In this document: positions 17,839 through 26,568 of the stretch, in pieces | Layout: the number at the start of each line of letters is the position of its first letter | How positions within the stretch are numbered: position 1 is the stretch's first letter | Assembly: GCA_015521175.1 (NCBI GenBank) | Contig: WAOR01000009.1 | Coordinates: forward strand, 4,764-68,763 | DNA: 64,000 nucleotides | DNA from: Thermodiscus sp. | GTDB taxonomy: Archaea; Thermoproteota; Thermoprotei_A; Sulfolobales; Acidilobaceae | Reading direction: 5' to 3' | Notes under the pieces: model-generated | Database searches by the model: none | Told to the model about the DNA's origin: nothing | What the model saw: the letters and a program-made list of their open reading frames with translations, nothing else | Made by a program: the position numbers and the translations under genes

Positions 17839-18741
17839 CTAGTGTTCGTTGCCTATTGCTAGGCAGAGCATTGTTCTGGCGGCCTCTGCTAGGGATGATA
17901 CCAGGGCTATGGCGAGACCTGCAGCCTTGCCCTCTGCCCCCTGGAGCTTTTCTAGGGATCTCTCAGCCTCCTCTATAGCCTCGAGTAGCCTTTTCCCACT
18001 GACATTTGAGGCTCCACTGGCTGTTAGCATTAATACCTTGCTTACAGAGTCCGCGATCAGCGTTGCCTTATCCTCTGGGAGATGGTAGAGTTCCTCTGTT
18101 AGCCTCCATGCTATTTGGATTGATGTGTAGAGTGTTCCTATAGTCATTGGGTTTAGTTTTTCGCCGCTGCAAGATAGTACCTTGTTCCTGTAGGCGTCTC
18201 TCGCTAGCAGGTCCACGATCATTTTAGTCTTCTCTAGGTCTCTCTGGATTTCTGCCCAATCTGTTGTCTTCTTGGCCGCGGACTCTAGGGTGTTTAGCAG
18301 TATTGTTGATATTAGTTTTACGAATTTCCTGTTGCTCTCCTTACTGGTGAGCAGCTGTGCTTCGATAATGTTTAAGACCTGGACAGCTTCCAGCACATAT
18401 TCGCTCTTCTTGATCTCCTCGAGGAACTCCTCAGGGTTTATTTGGCCGTGTTTTGGAAGCTCGACTACTAGCCTATCGTATCCTGCTATGAAGGCGCACC
18501 TGGCAAGGTCCTTCGGCTTTATGTTTTTCATGTAGCCAGTTAGTTTCAAGTTTAATGCTCCTATGCTTTTCACCTGGTTTGAGTTAGCTGGGACTATTTT
18601 CAGGTGGTTTCCCTCGTCTACGACTATTACCTCGTCTCCTATTGCTATCCCGGCTTTCCTGGCCCAGTCTTTTGGCAGTGTTATTATGAGGCTTGATCCC
18701 CCTAGCCTCTGCACTCGTCTCCTCGAGATTCCTAGGCTCAC
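17839..18741 (-). CDS. AbrB/SpoVT-type DNA-binding domain fused to a helical (PhoU-like) domain; putative regulator
   Basis: 300 aa. N-terminus RRVQRLGGSSLIITLPKDWARKAGIAIGDEVIVVDEGNHLKIVP is a swapped-hairpin AbrB-type motif. The rest is helical; the PhoU-like call is from recollection of the archaeal family and is unverified. Confidence 0.6.
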   Translation of the reverse strand: MSLGISRRRVQRLGGSSLIITLPKDWARKAGIAIGDEVIVVDEGNHLKIVPANSNQVKSIGALNLKLTGYMKNIKPKDLARCAFIAGYDRLVVELPKHGQINPEEFLEEIKKSEYVLEAVQVLNIIEAQLLTSKESNRKFVKLISTILLNTLESAAKKTTDWAEIQRDLEKTKMIVDLLARDAYRNKVLSCSGEKLNPMTIGTLYTSIQIAWRLTEELYHLPEDKATLIADSVSKVLMLTASGASNVSGKRLLEAIEEAERSLEKLQGAEGKAAGLAIALVSSLAEAARTMLCLAIGNEH

Positions 18742-18816
18742 AGAATCTTCACCGGTTATTGTGTATGGTATGGAGGACCCTATATATGCTTTAACAGTGT
18801 TAAAGAAGGGTATGGG

Positions 18817-19242
18817 TTACCCGGCAGCGTGTAACTCCTCTATATCCACGTCTCCGGCGAAGGGCCTGCTCACGTCCTTGATACTGATGATTCCGACTAG
18901 CCTGCCATCGCTATCGACTACGGGCAAGTGTCGGAAGCCGAAGTGAATCATTATCTCTAGTGCTTTCTTAGCTGACTCTGACTCCTTTATAGTCATTGGG
19001 TGCGGTGTCATCACTTCCTCCAGCTTTACTTTCTCCGGGTCTAGCCCCTTAGCGCATACCTTTAGGAGTAGGTCTCTCTCGGTGAATATGCCGATCGGCT
19101 TCATTTCATCGTCCACGATGACTACGCTTCCAATGTTCTCCTCGGCCATCTTCCTTATAGCCTCGGCCACGGTTGCATCCTTCTTGAAGACTATTGGAGT
19201 CTTGGTTACGAGGGATATTACGGGTAGCTCCTCATGGGTCAC
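18817..19242 (-). CDS. CBS-domain pair protein
   Basis: 141 aa, two CBS repeats. FRHLPVVDSDGRLVGIISIKDV parallels the 16172..16609 protein. Confidence 0.85.
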   Translation of the reverse strand: MTHEELPVISLVTKTPIVFKKDATVAEAIRKMAEENIGSVVIVDDEMKPIGIFTERDLLLKVCAKGLDPEKVKLEEVMTPHPMTIKESESAKKALEIMIHFGFRHLPVVDSDGRLVGIISIKDVSRPFAGDVDIEELHAAG

Positions 19243-19300
19243 GAGGGCCTCACCATTAACTTATTACCGCCTGCCTAGTTATTATACTCCCTGTTCTCAC

Positions 19301-20305
19301 TTATTTTCTACTGCAAAACTTCTTCAGGGTTTTCACAACCTCGTAGTCACACGGGATAATCGAGCGGTCTTTATCCGTAGAGACAAGCACGCGTTTGAAA
19401 GTATCAGCCTCTTCTGGGGTTAGGAACGGCCTGCTCACGCTTTTCTTAGTCTCAATACTCAGGCAGACATCGTTTTCGGGGTCTTCGGGGTCGATAATGG
19501 TTGTCGGCCCCCAGTGTTTTAGGGCTAGTCTCCTGTACGTTGCGAAAATGTTTACGACGCCTCCTACGAGTATGAGGGGAGCTCCTATGTCGACTGCCCT
19601 GGTTGTGAGCACTTTGTCTAGAAGGCATTGCCGCATGTATACTAGGCCTCCGGACTCTAGTGGTGGTGGGAGGTAACGGCTCTCGTATGGCAACATAAAG
19701 CCTATCGCTACATCGACTCTTTCCAGGTTGAAGTACTGGAAGACCAGGGGAGAGAAGAGATCCTCGTCCACGAACACACCTACTTTCGCGACAGGATCGC
19801 CGGAGGGTTCACGGATCGTGAAGACCTTCGGGGTTCTACCCCGGTGTAGACCTAGGGCTTCCTCGCGGGGTGTTAGCATCATTTTCCTATACTTGTCTAG
19901 AACGCCGTCTGGCCTCACGTGGACTACTGTAACATAGTTCCTAGGCCCTGCTACCTCGTAGATTGGCCCGAAGAATATGTTCACCTGGTACCTCATGCTC
20001 ATCCTGAGGAGGCTCCGGAGGGGGCTTCCCTGACTCATTGTTTTAGGGTTGAGCATCATTGACCTGGTTGTTATCCTGTTTCTAGCTCTCTCATTGTCCT
20101 TGATGTAGGCTGGTATGTTCCCAGTTGTGGGGTACGCGTTTGATACTAGGAGGTCCACGTGGTGGCCGGATTCTAGAGAGCTGTCTAGGAACTCGTGGAA
20201 TAGGGATAGTACGTGGTGGCTGTTGTGGGAGTAGCTTGGCCCACTCCTCGTAGCCCTGATGGAGCCGTGTAGGACTGCGATGCTGACTTCTCCTCGACTA
20301 GTCAC
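19301..20305 (-). CDS. Carbon-nitrogen hydrolase (nitrilase) fold protein with non-canonical active site
   Basis: 334 aa. Nitrilase-like blocks: DGVLDKYRKMMLTPREE (Lys motif), AKVGVFVDEDLFSP (Cys motif position reads D), RAVDIGAPLILVGG and WGPTTIIDP. Start overlaps the reverse gyrase stop by 4 nt. Confidence 0.5.
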   Translation of the reverse strand: MTSRGEVSIAVLHGSIRATRSGPSYSHNSHHVLSLFHEFLDSSLESGHHVDLLVSNAYPTTGNIPAYIKDNERARNRITTRSMMLNPKTMSQGSPLRSLLRMSMRYQVNIFFGPIYEVAGPRNYVTVVHVRPDGVLDKYRKMMLTPREEALGLHRGRTPKVFTIREPSGDPVAKVGVFVDEDLFSPLVFQYFNLERVDVAIGFMLPYESRYLPPPLESGGLVYMRQCLLDKVLTTRAVDIGAPLILVGGVVNIFATYRRLALKHWGPTTIIDPEDPENDVCLSIETKKSVSRPFLTPEEADTFKRVLVSTDKDRSIIPCDYEVVKTLKKFCSRK

Positions 20306-23300
20306 CTATTGGCCCCCCTCCTCTCCTTGTATTTCTGGAGGCACTCGGAGAAGGCGTAGCCCTCGCCTTGATAAGCCTGGAGCACCGGCTGGGCCACTCC
20401 CACCAGTTCAGAGTGTACTTCTGCTAGTACTTTAACCCTCTCCTCCTCTCCAGCCTCTATCTTATCCATTCTCTCCTCGAGGACTCTGGTTCTTTCCTCA
20501 CTTATTAGTTTAGGAATTCTCGTCAAGTTTTCTCGTCCGACTATTCTAGACAGCTCTTCGAACGCTTCATAGTCTAATTCATCCTCTAGCTTCTCCCCGC
20601 CGGTAACCACGGTGAGGTACTTGTGCACTAGCTGGCCTCTAATAGTCGGCACTAGCCTATCCTCTTGTATCCTTGACACGTACCTCCTCTTGAAGAGTGT
20701 CTCAACTATCTTGGCGTATGTGCTGGGCCTTCCGATTCCCCGGGATTTCATGAGCGTGATAATGTCTCCCTGCGTGTATAGGGGTACCCTACTCCTCTTC
20801 CTTAGGTGCTCGAGGACTGCGCCTACGATGCCCACTGGGAGTGGCTGGTGCTCGCGAATGTAGTGCCATACAAGTGTGAAGCCTTTACTCACGGGGTCAT
20901 CCTCTTTACCGATCCGTATGATTCTGTCTACTTCGAGTCCAGCATTGTGGCCGTAGATCCGTACCGAATACCTGGCTCTAATCGCGGTTGCCTCCCTCAT
21001 CTGGCTCGCCATGAACCTCCTGAATATTAGGTCGTACAGCCTGTAGTGGGCCCTGGTGAGTCTTCCGGCTAGTTCTAGTACTCCTTCCTCCACGAGCCTT
21101 TCCAGGGTTTCAACATCTATGGGCCTCGTTGGCCTGATTGCTTCATGCGCTCCTCCCTCTCCCCACCTTCTCGGCCTGAATAATTCCCCAGCTTTTTCCC
21201 CGAAGGCTTGTTCTAGCCATTCTCTTGCTACTTGTATTCCCCTGTCGCTTACCCTCGTAGAGTCTGTTCGGTGGTAGGTTATGAGTCCTAGTTCGAAGAG
21301 GTTCTGTGCTAGCCTCATCGTCTCCGGAGCGCCTAGACCGAGGTAACGATTGGCGTCTGCGATCATCGTGTCCGTAGTGTATGGTGGCGGTGGGTTCAGT
21401 ACTTCCTCTTTTTCTTCGAGGATTTTGACTTCTACGTCTACTTCTGCTCTGCCCTTAGCAGACCTAACTATCTTGTATAGTTCCCTTGCATCACCTATGA
21501 CGTCGTTGTCGGTGAACACTATCCGGGCGCCGTCGATGATTAGCCTGTACTCGTTTACCTTCTCCTTGGCCTGGTTGTACCTCTCAATGATCCAGCCTAG
21601 GACCGGGGTCTGCACCCTGCCAGCGCTTAGGTTGTAGTAGTACTTGTACTGTCTGCACCTCTCCTTCTCCCTAACACGGAACTCTCCCCGTGCGATTATT
21701 CCTTCGAGCTTCCTACAATAGTACCGGGGCCAGAAGTGGCACCAGAGGAGTGGGGATAGGGTGAAGCCTATCCACCTGTCCTCGACCCTCCTTACTATTT
21801 GGGCGTCTACAAGTCTCTGATCGAACTCCCTCAGGTTGCGTATCGCCTCGAGTATAGCCCTCCTCGTGACCTCGTGGAACTCTAACCTCATTATACGCCT
21901 CGAGTACGGCCTTACTAGGAGGGACACGTCCCACCCGATTTTTTCTCCCTCAGTGTCCGGGTCTGTTCCTATTAGGACGAGGTCTACCTCCCAGGCGAGC
22001 CTCCTCAGGTCGTCTACTATCACCTTTGAATCGCGTATGTTCCTACTTCCGCAGATGGGGCACGTATCTCTCTCCTCTGTGAATTGGTAGCCGCAGTTCA
22101 GGCACCTCTTTATGCTAGTGTAGATTGGGTGATATTCTGAGCCGTTGTTGAGCGAGTATACACCGAACATCCACTCCTCCGCTCTAACACCGGGAGGGAG
22201 GTCGTCGGTGAGCCTCTCGGTCGCTAGATCATATACGTGGCCTCCACTAGCGACGATTGTTAAGAGGTAGTCTCCCGTAGCTACCTCGTAAGCTCTAGCC
22301 CCTGCGGGGAGGAGCCTTATGCTCGGTTGCCCGAAGAAGCCAGCTATTGTTCTAGCCTTGTTGGGAGACTCTACTATAAGGAGGGCTGTCTTGACTAGAT
22401 CCCTCGGTTTCTCTAGTGTGCCAGCAAGTAGCTGTGAGACCCTCCGTCTCTCCTCTTCTATCTCCCTCTTAACCTCCTCTAAGTTGACTTCTTCTAGCTT
22501 GGTCCACTGGGCGTCCGCCATCCACCTCGTCCTACGTATAAGCCCTTCGAGAAGCCTATCATTATCAACGACTACGACGCTTAGACCAAGCGTTATACCC
22601 CCCGCGTATAACCTGCTCGTCCTCCCGCTCGCCTGGAGGTAGGTCGCGGCATCGGCCACGAGAATGTACTTCTCTCCGCCCTCCTCCACTACCGCTACAT
22701 CCCTCTTCTCGGATAGTAGCCTCCAGACTTCGGGGTCCCTCAGGGCGTTCCTGAGAAAGTTGTAGGCATCCCACATCGCCCTGGTAGCCTTGCTCTCATT
22801 TATCCTGCCTTCGAGTATCCTCTCAGCTATCATTTGAAGCGCCGCGGGGCTCAGGGAGCGGGTTATCCTCCTGACTACTGCCAGGTGCCTCCGAGCTTCC
22901 TCTGCAACCTCCTCTAGGGGAAGATCTGCTAGCAGGCCTAAGAGGCGTAGTATGCTCCCTGGCGAGGGGTATCCCACGTCTATCGTGTACTTGTGGCGGG
23001 GGACCCCCGCGAACAGGGCATACTTGACTCTCGCGGGAAGGTCTATTCCACGAACTAGGACTCCATAGTAGTTAGCAACCCCCACCAATACGTTTAACCG
23101 GCCCTCAGCGAAGTCGTCGAGGAGCGATAACGGCTTCTTAGCGTGGAATGCCTCAGCCTCTACCCCCCTCTCACGTAGCATCTCGGCTAGACGCTCTGCC
23201 CCCTCAACGCCGTGATCTATGGGTACATAGACTAGGGTCCCGTCCCTGAACTCCCCAGCTACCAGTTCCACTACCCTCTCGTATAGCTCCTCTCTACTAT

Positions 23301-24402
23301 GGGGGAACGTGTAGGTGTCTATCACCCTGCGGAGGCCGATGTCGCTCCTACCACCAGCTTCGAAGCCGAGTAGAACCCGGAAGAGCCTAACCCTGGAGCC
23401 TCTAGGCCTACCTGTGGCGCTACTGACTATTAGGGTTGCCGCTCTCCTCGCAGCCCTCCTAATCTTAGCCTCAAGCTTTTCCGCCTCCCTCAATAACTTA
23501 TCCATCTCTTCTCTGACTCTTTCAAGTCTCTCCCATGCTTTACTCGAAGGCCCCTCCCTGGAAGCGATTAGCTCGAGTCTCTGCGCCTCAACTCGTAGGG
23601 CCGCTAGCCTCCTCTGGATTCGGAGGAGTTCTAGTCCTACCTGGATATCTTCATCTGTGAAGCCGACTATTCGTAGTATTGCATCAACGCTCTTCGCACT
23701 CCTCAGGACGGCGTCGACATCGTCAACGAAGACCAGGCGGAAGCCTTGAGCAGCAAGCATCTCAGCGTTTTTCCTGGCGAAGCTGGCTGTGGTTACGAGT
23801 ATCCTATAATTGCCGCTTTCTAGGGCTTCAAGAGCTTCTTCGCGCTCTTTCTTCCTCATCTTACTGTGTACTGCTATAATCCCGGCTTTGCAATGAAGGG
23901 CTTCTGCGAACGATTTTGCCCTCCTGTACACCATTTCGACTAGCGTTGTAGTCGGGAAGACAAGGTAGGACCTCTTCCTGTGCTTGCACGCTAAGTACAG
24001 GCTTGCAATAGTTCCGAAAGTTGTCTTACCAACGCCTGTGGGCGCTATTATGGAGAAGCTGTCTCCCCTTACGAGACGCCTAGCCCAGGTCCTCTGGGCC
24101 CCCCATGCAGGTGTGCCTAAAGCCTTCTCAAAATAGGCTATGAGACCATTAGCGTCTTCCTCGAGCTTTGCCAGCTCACGATAACCCTTCCTCAGGGTTC
24201 CAGCCTTCTCCAGAGCCTCGTAGATCGAGGTTATTGAGGAGTCTATCCCTCTTGCATCCGGTAGGCATCTGGGGCAGGGGAGACCCTTCACTAAACGCTC
24301 CTCAGTATTAGTTCCACCGCAGTTCGGACATGAGTACCTATACGAGCCCCTTCCAAGGGATTCTCCCTGCAAAACCGGTACACCGAGGTAAGCGTGGTCC
24401 AC
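20302..24402 (-). CDS. rgy: Reverse gyrase
   Basis: 1366 aa. N-terminal Zn finger CPNCGG...CPRC, helicase Walker A APTGVGKTT and VFVDDVDA, TOPRIM LIVESPNKA and GTDPDTEGE, internal Zn finger CLNCG...CPICG, topo IA active-site Tyr in LITYHRTDS. Confidence 0.97.
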   Translation of the reverse strand: MDHAYLGVPVLQGESLGRGSYRYSCPNCGGTNTEERLVKGLPCPRCLPDARGIDSSITSIYEALEKAGTLRKGYRELAKLEEDANGLIAYFEKALGTPAWGAQRTWARRLVRGDSFSIIAPTGVGKTTFGTIASLYLACKHRKRSYLVFPTTTLVEMVYRRAKSFAEALHCKAGIIAVHSKMRKKEREEALEALESGNYRILVTTASFARKNAEMLAAQGFRLVFVDDVDAVLRSAKSVDAILRIVGFTDEDIQVGLELLRIQRRLAALRVEAQRLELIASREGPSSKAWERLERVREEMDKLLREAEKLEAKIRRAARRAATLIVSSATGRPRGSRVRLFRVLLGFEAGGRSDIGLRRVIDTYTFPHSREELYERVVELVAGEFRDGTLVYVPIDHGVEGAERLAEMLRERGVEAEAFHAKKPLSLLDDFAEGRLNVLVGVANYYGVLVRGIDLPARVKYALFAGVPRHKYTIDVGYPSPGSILRLLGLLADLPLEEVAEEARRHLAVVRRITRSLSPAALQMIAERILEGRINESKATRAMWDAYNFLRNALRDPEVWRLLSEKRDVAVVEEGGEKYILVADAATYLQASGRTSRLYAGGITLGLSVVVVDNDRLLEGLIRRTRWMADAQWTKLEEVNLEEVKREIEEERRRVSQLLAGTLEKPRDLVKTALLIVESPNKARTIAGFFGQPSIRLLPAGARAYEVATGDYLLTIVASGGHVYDLATERLTDDLPPGVRAEEWMFGVYSLNNGSEYHPIYTSIKRCLNCGYQFTEERDTCPICGSRNIRDSKVIVDDLRRLAWEVDLVLIGTDPDTEGEKIGWDVSLLVRPYSRRIMRLEFHEVTRRAILEAIRNLREFDQRLVDAQIVRRVEDRWIGFTLSPLLWCHFWPRYYCRKLEGIIARGEFRVREKERCRQYKYYYNLSAGRVQTPVLGWIIERYNQAKEKVNEYRLIIDGARIVFTDNDVIGDARELYKIVRSAKGRAEVDVEVKILEEKEEVLNPPPPYTTDTMIADANRYLGLGAPETMRLAQNLFELGLITYHRTDSTRVSDRGIQVAREWLEQAFGEKAGELFRPRRWGEGGAHEAIRPTRPIDVETLERLVEEGVLELAGRLTRAHYRLYDLIFRRFMASQMREATAIRARYSVRIYGHNAGLEVDRIIRIGKEDDPVSKGFTLVWHYIREHQPLPVGIVGAVLEHLRKRSRVPLYTQGDIITLMKSRGIGRPSTYAKIVETLFKRRYVSRIQEDRLVPTIRGQLVHKYLTVVTGGEKLEDELDYEAFEELSRIVGRENLTRIPKLISEERTRVLEERMDKIEAGEEERVKVLAEVHSELVGVAQPVLQAYQGEGYAFSECLQKYKERRGANR

Positions 24403-24551
24403 GAATAACTACTCCTAAGTAGGGCTGATTATAAACTATTAAGGAGGAAGCCCTGACAGCTTTATTTCGCCTATTGTCTAAGACTACTCGTACAAGGCCT
24501 TATTACCTCTCTCGACTATAGACTATAACCGGAACGAGCGAGGTGATCCGT

Positions 24552-24671
24552 ATGAGTAGTGTGGTAAGACTAAGGGAGAAGGAGGAAAAGAGGATAAAGA
24601 TTAGGGCTACTAGGAGAGATGAGGAGGAACTCGACTGGTTTATAGCAAGCGTTTGCGGCCTAGGCGCCTAA
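24552..24671 (+). CDS. Small basic/acidic 39-aa ORF, hypothetical (not in the supplied track)
   Basis: ATG at 24552 preceded by AGGTGATC (24541-24548), a good archaeal Shine-Dalgarno match. Translation MSSVVRLREKEEKRIKIRATRRDEEELDWFIASVCGLGA, stop TAA at 24669-24671. Confidence 0.3.
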   Translation: MSSVVRLREKEEKRIKIRATRRDEEELDWFIASVCGLGA

Positions 24672-24864
24672 AAGGAATCCTAAAATAAATAATACATATT
24701 CCTTAATTCCGAATCGCACTCTATGAAAGCGTGTATAGACGATAGCCTTTTCAGTATTCTCACATGATCGCTAAGATGCACTAACCAGCTTCATATCTAA
24801 ACCTTATAATCTTGAAGCCCAAGAGTAAAGACACGACTCCAGAAGGCGAGAGGTGAGAGGAGGA

Positions 24865-25104
24865 ATGCCCTACAAGGTAAAGATCGACCCAAGAGACTCG
24901 TGCATCAGCGACATGGTCTGCGTCTCCATCTGCGGCGAAGTCTTCGAGATGAGCGACGAGGACGGGAAGAGCCAGATAAAGGAGGAGTTCAGGACCGACC
25001 CATCCAACGTGGCCGAGGGCGTAGTCCCGGACGACCTCAAGGACTGCGTCCAGGAGGCAGCTGACAGCTGTCCGGTTAACATAATCCACGTAGAACCCGC
25101 TTAA
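24865..25104 (+). CDS. Single-cluster [4Fe-4S] ferredoxin, Pyrococcus furiosus type with Asp ligand
   Basis: 79 aa from the ATG at 24865 (GGAGG just upstream). Pattern C-x2-D-x2-C-x3-C ... C-x7-C-P (CISDMVCVSIC ... CVQEAADSCP) and overall similarity to P. furiosus Fd (..DTCIGDAICASLCP..). Confidence 0.85.
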   Translation: MPYKVKIDPRDSCISDMVCVSICGEVFEMSDEDGKSQIKEEFRTDPSNVAEGVVPDDLKDCVQEAADSCPVNIIHVEPA

Positions 25105-25218
25105 ATAGGATAGTAAACTATATACTTTTTAAATATTTCTCATTTATTTTTGTCATGCGACTATCTTAATTAATAGCCTTCACTCTCCCACAACCCTTAA
25201 AGCAGGCGGTGCAGGCCA

Positions 25219-26007
25219 ATGGAGCTAGCATCATGGCGCCTACTAGCGAGGACCATAAAAAACGCTGACGTAGTCGTCGAGGTAGTAGACATACGCGACC
25301 CCATTCACACCAGGAGTAGAAGGCTCGAGCAGATGGCTAGAGCCCTGGATAAAGACCTTGTAATAGTCCTAAACAAGGCGGACCTAGTGCCCAGGATGGT
25401 CGCGGATAAGTGGGCTCGAATAATAGAGGGCCAGGGATACGATGTACTATACGTCTCGGCGAGGCATAGGCTCGGGACAAGAGTCCTAAGAGGCTACATC
25501 AAGCACATCGCGAGGATCAAACCCTTCAGCGTCGCAGTGGTAGGCTACCCGAAGACCGGCAAATCCAGCATTATAAACGCACTAAGAGGTAGGAAGGGGG
25601 CTAGCACAAGCCCAATACCCGGAAGCCCCGGCTACACAAAGTCCATCCAGCTACTCAAGATAGAGCCGGGCTTCTACATGATAGACACGCCAGGCGTTAT
25701 CCCGGTTGAGGGAGGGTGGCCCGAGGCAATCATACGGGGGAGGAGCCCCGAGGAGCTTGTAGACCCTGTACCCCCCGCGGTAGCCCTCCTAGAGAGGGCC
25801 CTACACTACAACCCCAGGGCTGTCGAGAAGGCCTATGGGATAAAGGAGAGGGACCCCTACAGGATCCTGGAACTATTAGCGGAGAAGAGGGGCTGGTGGT
25901 ACAAGAAGACTAAGGAGCCATTGATAGAAGAAGCCGCCAGGACTGTTATCAGGGACTACCACAAGGCCAAGCTACTCTTCTATGTACCACCCGAGGAGTA
26001 CCTCTAA
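25219..26007 (+). CDS. Circularly permuted GTPase (YlqF/RbgA / YawG family), ribosome-biogenesis type
   Basis: 262 aa. G4 LNKADL precedes G1 GYPKTGKSS and G3 DTPG, the permuted order typical of this family. Confidence 0.8.
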   Translation: MELASWRLLARTIKNADVVVEVVDIRDPIHTRSRRLEQMARALDKDLVIVLNKADLVPRMVADKWARIIEGQGYDVLYVSARHRLGTRVLRGYIKHIARIKPFSVAVVGYPKTGKSSIINALRGRKGASTSPIPGSPGYTKSIQLLKIEPGFYMIDTPGVIPVEGGWPEAIIRGRSPEELVDPVPPAVALLERALHYNPRAVEKAYGIKERDPYRILELLAEKRGWWYKKTKEPLIEEAARTVIRDYHKAKLLFYVPPEEYL

Positions 26008-26013
26008 GCAAAC

Positions 26014-26060
26014 TGGGGAGCCCGGATACCCGGGCTCATCCCCAGCGCCGTTAACGGCGC
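26014..26060. repeat. Two adjacent GC-rich palindromes between convergent genes (possible bidirectional terminator or protein-binding site)
   Basis: GAGCCCGG-ATAC-CCGGGCTC (26018-26037, 8-bp stem, extendable by GGGG/CCCC with a bulge). It is followed directly by the perfect 16-nt palindrome GCGCCGTTAACGGCGC (26045-26060). Confidence 0.5.
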
Positions 26061-26118
26061 CGTCACCCAGGCGATACCCACTAGTTTAACTCTCACCTGG
26101 GAGGCTTAAGGGTGTTTC

Positions 26119-26454
26119 CTAGCAGACCTTGCTACCTGGCTCCACAGGCTCTGACACAGTTAGGAGCGCGGGCTTCTCCTCATCGCTACACGGTGCTGCC
26201 AGTATCATCCCCTCGCTCACAGTTCCAGCCATCTTCTTCGGCTCAAGGTTGGCTACCACTATGACGTATTTCCCTATGAAGTCCTCTGGCTTGTACCATT
26301 TAGCAAGGCCTGCAAGTATCTGCCTCTTCTCTCCGCCCAGGTCCACTATGAGGCGTATTAGCTTTCTAGAGTTGGGGAGCCTCTCCGCTTCTATCACCTT
26401 GCCTACGCGGAGGTCGACCTTGGCGAAGTCTTGATACTTTATCCTCTCCCCCAC
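26119..26454 (-). CDS. tRNA-binding OB-fold protein (Trbp111/CsaA/MetRS C-terminal-domain-like)
   Basis: 111 aa. KVDLRVGKVIEAERLPNSRKLIRLIVDLGGEKRQILAGL...VANLEPKKMAGTVSEGMILAA is the classic tRNA-binding domain. Confidence 0.8.
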   Translation of the reverse strand: MGERIKYQDFAKVDLRVGKVIEAERLPNSRKLIRLIVDLGGEKRQILAGLAKWYKPEDFIGKYVIVVANLEPKKMAGTVSEGMILAAPCSDEEKPALLTVSEPVEPGSKVC

Positions 26455-26568
26455 GGCTCCTGCACCTCGTCTAGGACTTCAGCCCTGGCCTAGTTTATAG
26501 GTTATTTCATGGTCAAGATTTTTTATCACTGATTCATTTAGTTTTAATGTGTCCAAAGGGTGGGCTAG

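Noticed and set aside
17664-17852. In-frame, stop-free, Cys-containing 63-codon extension upstream of the NTase-like paralog B start (..GGCNSSSTNRCPELPLDHCLEKAGYCLL..)
   Set aside because: It contains no ATG, GTG or TTG start and has no similarity to paralog A. An open frame of this length is not rare at this GC content. The segment contains two hairpins (CTGCCT-N9-AGGCAG, GGAGGA-N9-TCCTCC) and a TATATA box, so it is more likely regulatory or untranslated.
20302-24402. Possible intein or large insertion in the 1366-aa reverse gyrase
   Set aside because: No intein blocks (no Cys/Ser-initiated splicing domain ending in HN followed by a nucleophile, no LAGLIDADG) were seen. The extra length is a coiled-coil-like segment in the helicase half (about residues 255-325). 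Reverse gyrases of roughly this length are known in Desulfurococcales as far as I recall.
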